Shown: piece after piece, positions 12,967 through 26,185 of the stretch
Position numbering within the stretch: position 1 is the first letter of the stretch
Layout: each line of letters begins with the position of its first letter
Source: Azolla caroliniana
Taxonomy: Eukaryota; Plantae; Polypodiophyta
Length of the DNA stretch: 64,000 nucleotides
Reading direction: 5' to 3'
Assembly: GCA_043228905.1 (NCBI GenBank)
Contig: JBHGNT010000014.1
Coordinates: 2,914,001 to 2,978,000 of the forward strand
The notes under the pieces: generated by a model
What the model saw: the letters and a program-made list of their open reading frames with translations, nothing else
The model's database searches: none
What the model was told of the DNA's origin: nothing
Position numbers and translations under genes: made by a program

Positions 12967-15900
12967 TTATACGCCGAAATTTACCGATTGAATGTCTTTT
13001 GGACGTGCGAGAGAAGACATTGGTCCTGTAGTCATCACCTTGAGCTCTTTAATTTTAGAAGATAATATATTCCTCTTCTGCTCCAACTGATTTATTTTAT
13101 CCTGAAATAATGATTAATTAAAATAAACATGTTTTTCCAAATAGGACCCTTCAATTAAATTTGTGATCCCACATTTCTCACAGTTTTTGACCCAAGTAAA
13201 GAATGATGAAGATGATATACACAAGAATTCTATTTGTTTTTACCTTGTACTCCAAGGCTTCATGCATTGCCATATCAATTGCCTTTAATATCCAATCAGT
13301 ATCTTGTGGTGGAGAAGGCGATGTTTGAGAAGAGTTTGTTGTAGCATCGAGTCGACGAAGGCACTCTGAACCACAGGAATATAACTTCTCCTCAAACTTG
13401 TCCATTTCGGAAGCATCCTTGAATAGACATAGATACACTGGCCATCCCATTCTCACCCAAAAATCAAAGAAGATAACCGAACAAACACAAAATGTCAAGA
13501 AACATCGTCCGGAGACTTTCCTATAACTACCCGTGAGGATATCAATACCATACAAGAGGTAGATGATAAAGGCCATCAATGAGTACTCGCTCGTGTGTGA
13601 ATACTCGCTCGCCATCAGATAGTCTTTGCTGTTTCTACAACGGAATAGAAGAATGAGGAGGATGGTGAAATATGTCAGTGGGAGGATCAAGAAGGAACAG
13701 ATCTTCCATGGTTCATTCATCTCACAATTTTCGCAGTCTCCATCCCTGATTCCAGGAAAAAACTCATGTGTTATAGAGTACAAAAATGCAAAGCTGGAAC
13801 TTAAAATTTTTTAAACAAGTTAGAACTTTAAGCTAATAAAGAAGAAATTTACTGCTATAAAATTTTAAAAGTGCAGCAAACAGATTTGCTTGAAAAAAGT
13901 ATATGATACTCCTACTTAAAGAGAGTACATTTAATAAACCAACACTTCTTTTTGTGTCATATGGCACCCAGCCTTCATAGGGCAGGGAACTGTACAGATT
14001 TAGAGAAACCTTCAATCTCGATGATTGCTCACATGATAAGAAGAAAAGCATCAGTGCCCTATGATATAATCCAGATGGAGATGACTATCCAATGGATTTG
14101 GGAGCTCCCAAAGAAAAGATGCTCAAGACTGGTATTTATGTCATGAAGACAGCTGGCGGAACATTTTATTGCTATGTTGAAATGAAAGAATGGTTTTAGT
14201 TGCATAGCATAAGCATAACTGCACTACACCCATTCCAATACAGCTTGGATTGTCCACACCTAGAAATGACCAAAGTGGAAAAGAATAGAGTGATTTGGAC
14301 TGATATCATTAAATTGGGTAATGAAAGAACACAGATCAGCCCCAAAACAGCTCTTGGTAGAAAGATGGATCAATATAAGGCCCTCCTTTTACGTACATCA
14401 CAAGATGGATTTATCGTCAGGACTTCATATATGGACATACATCTACCTCATCCACTCCATTGTGTGATGGGGTAGCTCAAGAACTCTTCACATCAATTAG
14501 GGAATGAGATAAGCAGCAACCTGCAAATTGTGCCATTGGGATATGGAATCAGAGGAACACTATGTTTGCCATTGTACTGTTTTAACGAAATATGAAGAAG
14601 ATCCACTGCCTTTTCAAACAAGCCTTTGGCCCAATACATGAGAAAAGGAATACAATGACCAATTATGTTGAGGGCTGTTCTAGCTAGAATTGAAGAGACA
14701 TAGAGAGACGTAGTTGTTGGAAAACAATACATACACAACGGATCATCAGCAAGGAACCATCACAACATTCTTTAGCCACTTCACACTCCTTATCTGTGAG
14801 TCAATCAAGGTCAGGGTCTCAACAACAACAATCAAAATGGGTTACAACAGATTGGGCAGCCAGTAGTGATCGCTCGTGCACATGGCCAACATCCCCATCA
14901 CCCTTGCTTCAACAAATCAAGGTCATTATTACTCAACAATAAGATGATTACCTTGCTTTGGAGGCCTCCCCATATTGGATCAGTGCACGTTGGAGATCCT
15001 TTGAAGGCAGAACTCTCAGCACATCTAAGCTTAGAATGTTAAATGCTTGGCTAGCAAAATCATTTGATGTCTTACACAGTTTTAAAGATTTAGTTATTTT
15101 TATTTTGGCTTGTTTTGTCATAGATTACGCATCATTTAAGATGTAAATCTCTTGCTCAGTCTCATAGTCCATGTTGGCTGCTCCGTCTCACAGCCTAGAT
15201 TGTGTTTGCATTATGAGAGCTTCTACAGGGGGGTGAGGCTCTGAATACTTAGTGAGGAGCATATGTAGGAAAGGGTGCAGTTTTTCCTGATGCTTCCTTA
15301 CAGTGTTCAACATTGTGATGTCTGCATGCAAGTGTTCAAACATATTTAGGTGTGATGGAGGCAGGGGGTGGGCTTGCACGTACCACACATACCTAGGAAT
15401 GCTCCACCTCACCTCCAAAAGTTCATAACGATAGGTCCTATGGGAATCATAATCAGGATATGTCTAAGATTTCTTGTGTTTCATAGATAGCATCTAGAGA
15501 GGGAGAGAAAACAAAATAGGAATATTACAATCCTCAGGAGGCTAAATATGATCATTCGAATCCAGAAACACAACAAAGCAAGTTAATTTTCCCTCTTTTG
15601 GAAAGGGGGATCTCAAGGCTTTTTTTCGTTTGTCGCGATGCTGAAATGTGTGCTAGATATGGCCCTAATACCAAAGGTATGAGGTACTTTGTTTGCTTAA
15701 CACATCATTGGATGTTTTCACAATTTTAGTATCAGAGAGGTATGGAGTGATCTTTTGTTAGGAGAGAAATAGTGCATCTAGAAAATACAAATATAAGTTC
15801 AAATGTTTGAATACATAACATGTTGCATGACTCAAAGCATAGCCTGTATACATCATTGTTTCGATTCATTACTTCTTTGAAATTCTAAAATTCAAATGCA

Positions 15901-16735
15901 TAAAACATTTACAGTTTAGCTGCAAAGCTTATGACTTGCAGGTTTAAGCTTGTGGGTTTGAATTTAGATGTTTGTTGTGTTCACTATGAGACCGTTTCAT
16001 AAAATTAGTTCTGGATCATGCGCATTAGACATAGGAAGGTCTGCTCCTAAAGCAATGGCTTTACAATATTGAAATTCTTTCTCTCTCCAAAATACAGAAA
16101 CAAGCATCACCCTGCCAAATGCAATCATAACAAAACCAATAGTCGAACGCAAGAATAGACATTTCATTCTGCCCTTGATGGATCAAAACGAGAAAAGCTT
16201 CCAAAAGCATAGGAGAGAGAGGGAGAGACGGATGAATCACATACCCGTACCGGGTAATGGCGTTGCGCGTGGTGCCAATAAGGGCAAAAGTGACGCTTGG
16301 AGCCCAAAGTACAAATATGTAGAGGAGAGTCCACGGTGACCTTGGGTAAGAAGCCGAGGAAGAGAGGCGGAAGAGCCGGAAAAGCCGAAGGATGAGGCAC
16401 ACGAGCCAGAGGCAAAAGCCGAATGTGAGGAATATCCAGAAGGTCCAGAGAGAGCAGATGAGGAGAAAATCAAAGGCCGATCGCCGAAAGTGGAAGTTTA
16501 TGACAAAGGAGGCAATGATCCATGAGAGGCCAGCAGCAGATCCTGTTATTATTAGGAAGGATCCTCCTTGTGCCCGGAAGTAAGGGCGGCGGCGATTGGC
16601 CAGTATCACAAGATTGGCGGCTATGTATGGTATTGCCGCCGCCACCGCAAAACCCAACAGCACAAAATCCCATTTAGTACCTGGAGAGTCTAGATCTTGG
16701 CTGCCGCATGAGTTCGTCTCTTTGATTTGCTTCAT
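12967..16735 (-). CDS. Seven-transmembrane protein resembling the RGS1-type/GPCR-like 7TM domain, with C-terminal coiled coil and no RGS box; 3 exons, ~373 aa
   Basis: Exons 16735-16251 (alternative donor 16245), 13745-13244 and 13101-12967 are phase-compatible with GT-AG sites. Seven hydrophobic segments. The TM2-TM3 region FHFRR..ICSLWTFWIFLTFGFCLWLVCLILRLF parallels plant RGS1 (LRFR..[22 protein letters not shown], recalled from memory). Confidence 0.8.
13950..14760 (+). mobile_element. Degenerate LINE 3' fragment inside the 7TM gene intron
   Basis: SSHQLGNE (~14483) followed by CKLCHWDMESEEHYVCHC, the C-terminal zinc-knuckle region of LINE ORF2. Ends approximate. Confidence 0.7.
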
Positions 16736-16931
16736 TTGTCTGATAAATTAAGATGTTCGGAGGTTAAGGAGATGGGAGTGGGTTGTTCACCTTTTGAAAT
16801 GTTGTAATGTTATATATGCAATGGAAGCCTGTGTTGTGTGTCTGTGTTCTTAGGGCAGCCTTCTGCTACCATCTCTGCTTCTTGGGTCTCGTTTCTTCCT
16901 TCCTTTTAATCCTTGCTCTGTTCTGGAGAAC

Positions 16932-17004
16932 ATTCTTCTTCTTCTATTTCTTCTTCTTCTTGATCTTCTTCTTCTATTTCTTCTTCTACTACTACTACTA
17001 CTAC

Positions 17005-17035
<31 letters not shown>

Positions 17036-17147
17036 ATTTCTTCTTCTTAATCTTCTTCTTCTTCTCCTTAATCTTCTTGACCTTCTTCTTCTTCTTCTCC
17101 CCTGCCTCTGCCTTCTGTCTGTCTGTTTGTCTCTCTCTCTCTCTCTG
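16932..17147. repeat. Compound (TTC)n/(TAC)n/(CT)n microsatellite upstream of the 7TM gene
   Basis: Visible directly; generates the spurious poly-Phe ORF. Confidence 0.95.
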
Positions 17148-18836
17148 CTATATTGACTATTGATCTATAGTCATTTGGGAAGGTCTTTGGTCAAGGAGGC
17201 AAATATGTATGTACACACATATATGTATTGGTCAAGGAGATGAGTCAACTGGTCAAACCCCCCTCCACACACACACACACATTTTCAAAAGATTGACCGA
17301 AACCGAGCCCGGGAATTCAATCCTGAAACAACTGGTTCGGAATCCGATTCGCCCGCCTTGAGGGGCTCATAGACAGACTCGGAAGGCCCAATTCTGTAAT
17401 CTTATATAGACCACCCCCACGGAATTCCCAATTGTGTCTCCTCACAAGGTCAAGTAGAACCTCCTCATATTCAATCAGTTCAACCCTTTCCTAGACAATA
17501 TATATATATATATATGTGGATACTTTTGATCTTGATCCATTCTTCGAGCCATTCTCGCACTCGAACTCACCAACGACTTTCTAGGAAAAAAAAAAGAGAG
17601 AGCATTTTCTGTCTTGTTTTGGTCTCCAATGGTGGCCTGATTGAATGAGCCCCTCTCAGATTTTTGTTAAATTCTGAGATTTTATGGATGGGGTTCGTTT
17701 GGGCTAATAGAGAAATGAATGGAGTGGATGATTAGATGACACGTGCACCTTGTGTATGTGTGATGTTATCCATGCGATCATGTAGATAAGTAAATACATT
17801 TGGAAGGCTATGTTACGTGTTGGGTGTGATAAATAGACATGGTGGCACCACATGTCACTTTAAAGCCTCTCAAGGGGGTGATTGCACATAGCATTGCCGT
17901 GTGCGCCTAAAGTTCCCATGATTAATGACACGTGATATAAAATCTTTTTCTTACAAAAGAATCAATCAACCTAGACAGGCACATGAATGAGCAAAACAAA
18001 TAACTACACAGAAGTCATTGTGTTTGTACAAATCTTGTTTGCCACAACTATAGTGTATGGCAAACTATCAAAAGTTGTTGGGGGGTATCGGGCCCTATAA
18101 CATAACTAGCACCAAACCCTCATCAAGAACATAAGGTGATCATATCAATATATGTTGGACATTCTTATGCTTGTACATCAATGAAGTGGAGACTCTTGTG
18201 GCTAAGGTCTACCTAGAGTCTACTTGCAGGCACCAAAGCTTCAAGATGAGCATGTTTGTCAGTTTTTACGATCACGTGTCAGCCATCATCTCCTCTCCCC
18301 ACGAAGAATTATGGTTTTGATTACATAAATTACCCATTCTTGATTAGCGTTAAGCACCACGGCTTCTGTTCGATCGAGGCTGACTGACCGACAAATCATT
18401 ACCGATACAAAATCACTCCAAAAAAAAGGGTGTAAATCGTTATGTTCGGAAGGTCTCTAGCATCGATCGATCGATCCGAAATGGTGAAATCTCCAAAGTG
18501 AAGGCACACGCACTTGCAATAGTAGAAAATAATGGGGAGAGATCATGATTCATGATGCACTAGGCCAAGGCCTATGTGTGCTACAAATCTATTCATATCT
18601 GTCTGTTAGGGACTCTTAGGATTCATATCTGTCTATTAGGGACTCAAACCAAAGCAGTGAATGATTCTTCTGCAAACACCAAATCCATGGCATGTAATGC
18701 TCCCCCAAATGATTCTTCTTGAAAGCTGAATTTGTCATGGCTTAGGGTTTGCTTTTTTTTTTTGTCTTTTTTTTCTAGAATTTTGGACATCAGCACTACC
18801 CTTAATGCTCTTCCCCTTGCATTCTTCTTACTGCAG

Positions 18837-21768
18837 GAGAATCAAACTGCAGGAGCGTGTTTTTTGTAGCATTGAATTCGTTGGATCGGTACAAACGATC
18901 AGGATTGTGGAACAATGCTTGGATAGACTAGAGGAGGAGATTACTGTCACTCCTTCCTGACAGTCTGGTAAGACTGGATTAGAATTGACATGAGAGTATG
19001 GGAAACTCAGGCTTGTTTAGAAAGATTTCTATCTCTTTTTCTTTCTTTCTTTCGTGACAACCTAGTATTTGTTTGGGTATTATTTCAAATATGATCAGAG
19101 TATGAAGCATATAAGGTCAGTTTAATTTAATGCAAGTTTTTAGCTCATATTCTTGGTTGGTAACAGAACATGTTTAACAGGATAGTCAATCATGATAGAA
19201 ACTACTGAGCTTATTGACATAACTTCAGAATTCTGAAAAGCATCAGTAAGTATTGGAATGTTTGCATTACCCAGGAATTTTGTCATGTCTATTCATTCTT
19301 TAGACTCCTAGCGAAGTTGCCATTTCCTGTTACATAATGGATTCTGGCTCATTAATTAGGGCAAAAGCCAAAACGGTTCTCTGTATGGAAGTTTTAATGC
19401 CATGGGGATGAATCTCTTCATATATTTCTTTAAGAATTTTCCACTTACTGTTTTATTTTTTCTTTTTCACATGGGCTATTTCATTTTTTTTCTTTTGATA
19501 TGCATTTTTATGTGATTAGTTATCAGCAGGAAAGTGGAGATCCTGTAACATGCAGTAGCACTATTTTCAACAAACATCTTGGGATTTCCACTTTTTAAAT
19601 GTAGTAGATCAAGGTTTAATCTTTACTGTAGAGGACACGGTTTTAGTTGAATGTAGAATTTGTCTTGTAAGCGAATTTTGGAAGGTTTTTTAGCTAACAT
19701 CTTGAGAAGTAGAAAATTTGAACTGGAGTTGAAACAAGCAGTTCTCAATAACAAATTCCTTTTTTCTGTCTGGCAAATTGCAGATGGCCTAATTGATTGA
19801 CTCCACTAATGTATATGACTGTGTGCATATTCATAATGGAAAGGGGGGATTGAAGGTCCTTTTGACAGCGACTGGAATCCACAGGTGAGTTCTTGCTGTC
19901 AAAAGCATATTGCAGATATTTTTTCACTATTGTTTCTGAACTTGAATAAAAAGCCTTACTGTCTTATATAAGATACCACATACTAAAACATATGTTGATT
20001 CAATCACTTCCATTAATCCTCTATTTATAACTCATGAAGATCCTTCATAAACCAGATACGCGTGGCTAATTGATTATTTCTATTTTCCTATAAACATGTG
20101 ATGGCCTGTCTACTAGTTATGATAAAAGACAAGGTGTCACACATTTGATGAGTGGTGTTTGCATCTCTGTGACCGCCCTCTGTCTTGACAATCGCAAATG
20201 TTGGCTATGATCTCCATTTATGGCTTTTTGTCTGTCTTTAATCGTTGATGCTTGAAATGATTCACTGTCAGTGTTCATGGGCTTTGGTAATGTTCTGTCG
20301 ATCATTATCTTTAAGGTCGATTAAGTCCAGTAGAAAAGCCATTTCCATCTTCCAGATGTGATAGTTCTCTTTTGCAAGTTTCTAGATGAGATATTTGCTA
20401 AGCATCTATGAATTGTTGTTTTCTGACAGTTTTTTGCACTCCCGTTTCAGCATCAAATCAATGACAGAAAAAGGCATCTCTTAATGTGTCTACTCTGATA
20501 TAATGTGAAATAAGAGAAGGATAGATGTGCTAGATTTGCACAATCTTATATTCTATTGATACAGAGGTGCAGCCATTGATATTCTATTGAACATTAACTA
20601 TATAGAAATGAATGATGTATTTTTGGGTAGCCTATAAATTCTGTTATGTTATATAAAACTTAAAAAGCATCTGTGGTGCAGATTCAATGTCAGAACCTCA
20701 ATGATTTAGAAGAATTGGAACCAAGAGTTTGTCAGCATGAATGCTCAAAACAAAGCCAGGTGTATGTATGCATAATTTTGGCAGGAACTATTGGAAAAAA
20801 TCTTGTAGAGAGCTGCTGTTTATTATGATCAAGAAGTTGTTTGCTTGATATCTACTTTGCCATTGCAACATTAGATCTAGTGCTTCAGAGTCTAGAATCA
20901 ATTTCCGTTTTTAAATTTTGATGTTCTGTATATTGCAGCTGTGCAAGGATGGAGGATTATTGAATTGCTGTGATGGATGTTCTTTTTGCATATCCTGCTG
21001 AATGTCTCGGTTCTGATTTAAAACTGGCAGCAAAAAATTTAAAATCAAGGGTTCTGTCCACAATATGCTGGTGAAATTTGTGGCAGGGAGGTAAGAAACA
21101 ATGTGATATTATATATAATTGTGTTGGAGAGTATGAGCACAAAATCAAAACTGATGTGAGAAGATTCATCTTCATTGAAAATCTGATTCATCCAAAAGTA
21201 TGGCATATATTTGCAAATAGCCCTTCTGTGTAAGAACCATTGCTAAAAAAGACTACAAAATTTAGTTGGGGAATGATTGCTTAGAGTTTGATGGTAACAC
21301 ACGTAAGGTAAAACATGTTTTAATTTTGTAGTTGCATTCTTCCATTCTACAACTGACTTTGATGATATCCACAGGCAGAATTGAGTGGTCGTTGTGAAAG
21401 GTTCTTAAAAGTCGATCATGACCATCCTTAGGAGGTGAGAAATTGATTCCATTGTACAAGACTTCAATCTTTTCTATACAAAACTAGGCTGAACCATGTG
21501 GTGTGTATATGCATAACCTCTTAATCTTAACCTTCTTTCCTTTTTGTAACATTTGCAGGCATACATCATACGTTGTTGCTGCCATTGCAGATATTTAGGG
21601 CATAAAGAAGGGGATGAAGGAACAATAGATGATGAGCAGATTGTAGAAAGAAGAAAGAAAGATATATTAACGTCTTTTGAAAGGCCAAAATGGCCTATAA
21701 GACCAAACAAGAGAAAAAGAATTTGTATTGGTTCCATTGACTTGGCATTTTGCCATTGGCTCACATGA
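18837..21768 (+). pseudogene. Decayed spliced PHD-finger gene
   Basis: Candidate exons with strong AG/GT sites at 18837-18967, 19784-19884, 20682-20759, 20939-21090 and 21559-. Exon 20939 encodes LCKDGGLLNCCDGCSF, then after frameshifts AYPAECLG and FCPQYAGEICGRE (PHD plus CPxHxC-like module with ligand losses). Confidence 0.6.
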
Positions 21769-23012
21769 AATCCAAGGTTTCCAAGGAAAAACCATCAGAT
21801 GTTACCAATGGAAAAAATCTTCCCCTTGCAGACAGATTGGTTTGATATGTCCTCTACAAAAATCACTGTATTAAATGGGTTATCTCAAAAGAGACTATGA
21901 CTCTTGTCTAGAAAAGGACTCGTTTTTCAATGTTTTTTGCCTTCATAACAATCGAATTGTTGTCTTATGTGTATGCTTTATCCTAAATGCCCCTAGTCAA
22001 TCCTAGATATCAGAGTTGAGCAGTTACATAGTCCATTCATTCACTCTTTTTATTAATGATAAATGCATTGTTATGCTCATGTCAATGTTAAGGTTTGGAT
22101 TTGTTACTGAATCAACCAATTTTGTGTCTTTTCAACTACGGCTCATGCTTAAATAAGTCAAATGTCCATGTATTCCAGGAAATGGTTTAATGATTTACTT
22201 GGTGACATGATCTTGCCATGTTGAAAGGTTGAACAAACGACCTAGAGATTCAATGTCTATATTTATTTCTAAACTAAAAAATTGGACATTGAAACTAGAA
22301 ATCATTGAAAGGATTTTAGCTTTCCTTCTGAAATCATAAATAGTTTTTTGAGCTTAAATTAGTAACAAAATCCATATGGGTCTTGACCGTAGATTTCTTC
22401 GGAAGCCATAAACATTTTTTTAGGATGAATTAATAGTAAACTCCTTCTATAGCCGAGTGATTAGGGCATGGCAGTGGACTCTGAATGCATCAAATGCATA
22501 TAAAGTATGGCCATCTTGAATCCCATGGCTCAATTTCAAATCTCCAAAGAGCTTTCAAATATGTAATAAAGGTGGGCACATCACAATTGAGACATGATCA
22601 AGCTTGATGAAATTGTAAGTGTATTTCTAGGATCAAATTCTTTTGGTTATAACTTTGTTAATTACTCTAGTGGTTTGGACATTGGGCTTTATCCTATTGA
22701 CCGAATTTGATTCATAAAATGGTTTGACCAAATCCATTTAAATCGCAAATGCAAGGTACTTAAGTATGCGTCCCTTACCAATTTCACCATTCTTAACTTG
22801 GCTATCTCTATGGTGAGAATCTGCAAATACAATTGCTATCTTATGAGTGCTCTGGCCGTCATACCTGGCATTGACCAATGACATTGAGCAATTTAAGACA
22901 TCATAAAGGTTGCTAAGCATAACAGTTACACGATGTCTTGTTGTCGATACAAACTGGATCCCTGAGATGTGGATGCAACATACATACATGTACCCAATGT
23001 ACATGCATATGT

Positions 23013-23047
23013 ACATACATACACATACACACACACAGATACATACA

Positions 23048-23082
<35 letters not shown>
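23013..23082. repeat. (TACA)n/(CA)n microsatellite
   Basis: Visible directly. Confidence 0.9.
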
Positions 23083-23083
<1 letters not shown>

Positions 23084-23291
23084 CCATTTCATGAGAGAGA
23101 CAATTTGACATAGTTGTGGCTATTCTATGTGAGAATAGGTATGCCACTGGATGAATTAGCAAGGAATGTACACACCACACATGTTTAAAATGCCCCATGA
23201 CCCTGTTAGTTCAAGCAAAAAAGTTTATATTACAAACATTATTATTGGTCCAAAGAGAGAGAGAGAAACATTTTAACATAACAGGAACAAT

Positions 23292-24212
23292 TTAGGTTTG
23301 AATCCCTTTCCTAAGGACCCATTTAGTGCTAAACTTCCAGTCATAGAGAAAATAAACTCCGTCGGTAGTAACCGGAATACGCGACGAGAAACCAACATAT
23401 GATCGTTCGTCCACAATGGATGCGAGATCCAGCCCCGAATAAGACAAGAAAAGCTTCGACTTCTTCTTATTGGGTTTCCCATTGGTTGACACGTTCTGGA
23501 AGCGCACCGAGATCTCTTGTAGGCTCGCATCGTAGTCGATAAACACGGCAACTTTCCGGTTAATAAAGCGTGTCCCATTCCACAAGAACCGGCTCTTCAC
23601 CGAGTTCACACTATTGATGTCCAAGCCGACATGTGGGATCTGTGGGTCCCAGCTATAGGCCTCATCGCGCGAAGTGTCGATCTCCACGGCCAATGTCTTG
23701 GGATTGGGAGTCCCGCTCGCAGGCTTCCCCGTGGCATCCTCGATCTTGAAGAGACCGAAGCTCTCGGGTCCGCTCTCCCCTACATCAATGGTCGGGGTAA
23801 TCGCAAACGCAATGCCGCCCCCGAACACGCGTTTCACGCTCCGCTCCGCATCCCGTTTGACGTTAATTGTGAACACGGTCGAGAAGGATGCGGCGTACGG
23901 CGACCCTTTCTTCCATAGTTGTACCTTCTTTTTGTATTGGTAGCGTGCCGAGATGACTACGTCGTCATTGCAGAAGATGATCCGGCCGGGCGGCGACGAG
24001 GGAATGCACACTTTGTCGCGGGTTAGGCCGAGCGATTTGTCGAACCCACAAGCTAGCTTATTGGTGGAGAATGGCGGGAACGAGAGGGTGATGCCCGGGG
24101 GCAGCTCCGGAGCCACTAATGCCTCGGTGGCGAGCATTGGCAAGGCTAGCCATAGACATAAGGAGAGCACTACTATTGAGGATGCAATGGGGAATATGAT
24201 TGGCTTGGACAT
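23292..24212 (-). CDS. Secreted legume (L-type) lectin-like protein, copy 1, intronless, 306 aa
   Basis: Hydrophobic signal peptide. ASFSTVFTI, GGGIAFAITP, LAVEIDT, DP..PHVGLDINSVNS, VFIDYDA, DL...YVGFSS and WKF are Lectin_legB motifs. No TM or kinase domain. Confidence 0.92.
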   Translation of the reverse strand: MSKPIIFPIASSIVVLSLCLWLALPMLATEALVAPELPPGITLSFPPFSTNKLACGFDKSLGLTRDKVCIPSSPPGRIIFCNDDVVISARYQYKKKVQLWKKGSPYAASFSTVFTINVKRDAERSVKRVFGGGIAFAITPTIDVGESGPESFGLFKIEDATGKPASGTPNPKTLAVEIDTSRDEAYSWDPQIPHVGLDINSVNSVKSRFLWNGTRFINRKVAVFIDYDASLQEISVRFQNVSTNGKPNKKKSKLFLSYSGLDLASIVDERSYVGFSSRIPVTTDGVYFLYDWKFSTKWVLRKGIQT

Positions 24213-24391
24213 GTTGTTTCCTAGAAACTTATGTTTGTGTCTCTTGTGTATGTGTGTGCTTTGGAGGGGCTACCTTATGAGTGTGTGTATATATACATAT
24301 ACAAAGCTCATGAGCCTCTTTTGCCTTTGTCATTCTTGTGTGTAGGTAGGTGTGTCCCACCATGACCATAGACCCAATTCAAATAAACAAA

Positions 24392-24562
24392 TGAAGTTTT
24401 GGGCGAGTTTTTGCTTAGGAAAAAGAGAGACCTTATTTATGACAATCTAAGCTTTGTTGAAGTTTTGGGCGAGTTTTTGCTTAGGAAAAAGAGAGACCTT
24501 ATTTATGACAATCTAAGTTTTGTTGAAGTTTTGGGCGAGTTTTTGCTTAGGAAAAAGAGAGA
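24392..24562. repeat. 66-bp minisatellite (~2.6 copies) upstream of lectin copy 1
   Basis: gaagttttgggcgagtttttgcttaggaaaaagagagac repeated three times. Confidence 0.9.
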
Positions 24563-24627
24563 CGTGCAATAACTATGTGTGTGTCATGGCCCATGGGCTC
24601 GAATAAAATGTAGGCTAGATCAATTGC

Positions 24628-24661
<34 letters not shown>

Positions 24662-25937
24662 GCTCTCAACTTTACCTGATGTAGCACGATTATGTACATA
24701 TAGTTTTGGCTGCTGCTTTGGGATCTTCACTATTAGTATTTTTTTCCACTCTTCAAGGATTTGTTCTTGGAAACTTCAACATGTGTGAGCCATAAATGTG
24801 TGGAAAACGACGAGTTTTGTTACGATGGTTAGAAGAGGATTTTAAGTGCATTTAACTAAGTAAAACTCTCCAGGATTTTCATATCCTAATTTTAGTGTAT
24901 GCAAGACTAAAGCATTAACAACATTCAATTGGATTATATGGAGAAAACTTATTCAATGCTTTTACCTAAATTTTCTCATATTCGAGGAGTCAAGTGGTCA
25001 ACGTTAATTTAGACCCTTAAGTTTCTCAAGCTTTTCCATTTCTGAAAAGTGGAGTGATAAAATTCTACGCGTCTATCTTCAATGAAGAAGTAACCAACCA
25101 ATATTTGTTGGTTGTTATTAATCTTTTTTTATTCAAGTGGTGAAACTAAGTCACACAAATCAAGTATGACATTTATAAGGGCATGTCATAGATATAAAAT
25201 GTAATCTATGAAACAAATCCTTTTGTGATGCTTTGTGGTGAATTGATTCCCATTAGTTACTCTATGAAACAACATTGTGCATGCTCATGTTTTGCACAAA
25301 AAGTCAAACAAAATGATATTGTTACATTATCATTGTCCAATGTGTTGCCATTTATCGGATCTTGCCACACCCCTAGAAAACAATTTGCTCACCTCTTCAA
25401 TTATTGAAAGGATAGAATGACTTTCTAGTGTCAACCTTTTACGAAAAAAGGAACAAGTCGCTATCCATAAGCTTCACAAATATTTTAGTGAGCTTGAGAA
25501 TTTGTACCATTTGTGGATTATTATGACATTGTATTTAAGTTTGGATATGTAAAATTAAAATAGTTGTCGGTTGCCCATTTTATATAACACTATATACTAT
25601 GCACTTGGATGACTCTTTTTATTTACTTAAAAAAATTTCAATGCTATTCAAAAGTGCAAGCAATATATCGACGTCATCTTATGTGCAAGCAACTTGAACT
25701 TAGATATGTTGAGCCTTACTTGGTTGAGTAAGAAATTCATTTGGCAACTTTGGGAATTGATATTTGGATAATGTTGCTCTCTCTCAAGGTAAAATGAAAG
25801 GAATGTTGGTAATGCATTTTTTTGCACCACCATTTCCCCTTTTTGCTATTAAAGAGAGAGAGAGAGAGAGATTTTATTATATCCTCACTAGTTAAATGTG
25901 ACCTATAGGGGCAACAAGTGATTCATTTTGCATAGTA

Positions 25938-26185
25938 TGTTTGGGTTGAGTGGTGACTCTCAATGTTCAAGAGTTTTTATTGATAAACTTGGCAATCATA
26001 GTGCACTATTGTGATTGTGAGGGGAATGCCTCATGAGTGTAGGGGGTGGGGTGAACTGACAATGCATGGAAAGCAAACTCAAATGTGGTTGAATACAGTG
26101 CATTGTATCAAAGTGTGATACTTTTGACTCTTGCACTTGTCCAAGGAAAATATGCATAGTTCATGAGTCTTCGTACTTGTGCTCC
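25938..26185. mobile_element. Old LTR remnant related to the chromovirus LTR at 36731-37124
   Basis: Shares gactctc.atgttcaaga, gcattgtatcaaagtgtgatactt and tgcatagt blocks in the same order as 36755-36975. Confidence 0.65.

Noticed and set aside
16807-17163. 118-aa poly-Phe/Tyr ORF
   Set aside because: Translation of a TTC/TAC microsatellite
22738-23198. Cys/Met/Val-rich short ORFs
   Set aside because: Products of TACA/CA microsatellites
24392-24562. CRISPR-like repeat array
   Set aside because: Intervening sequences are identical (minisatellite), no cas genes, eukaryotic context
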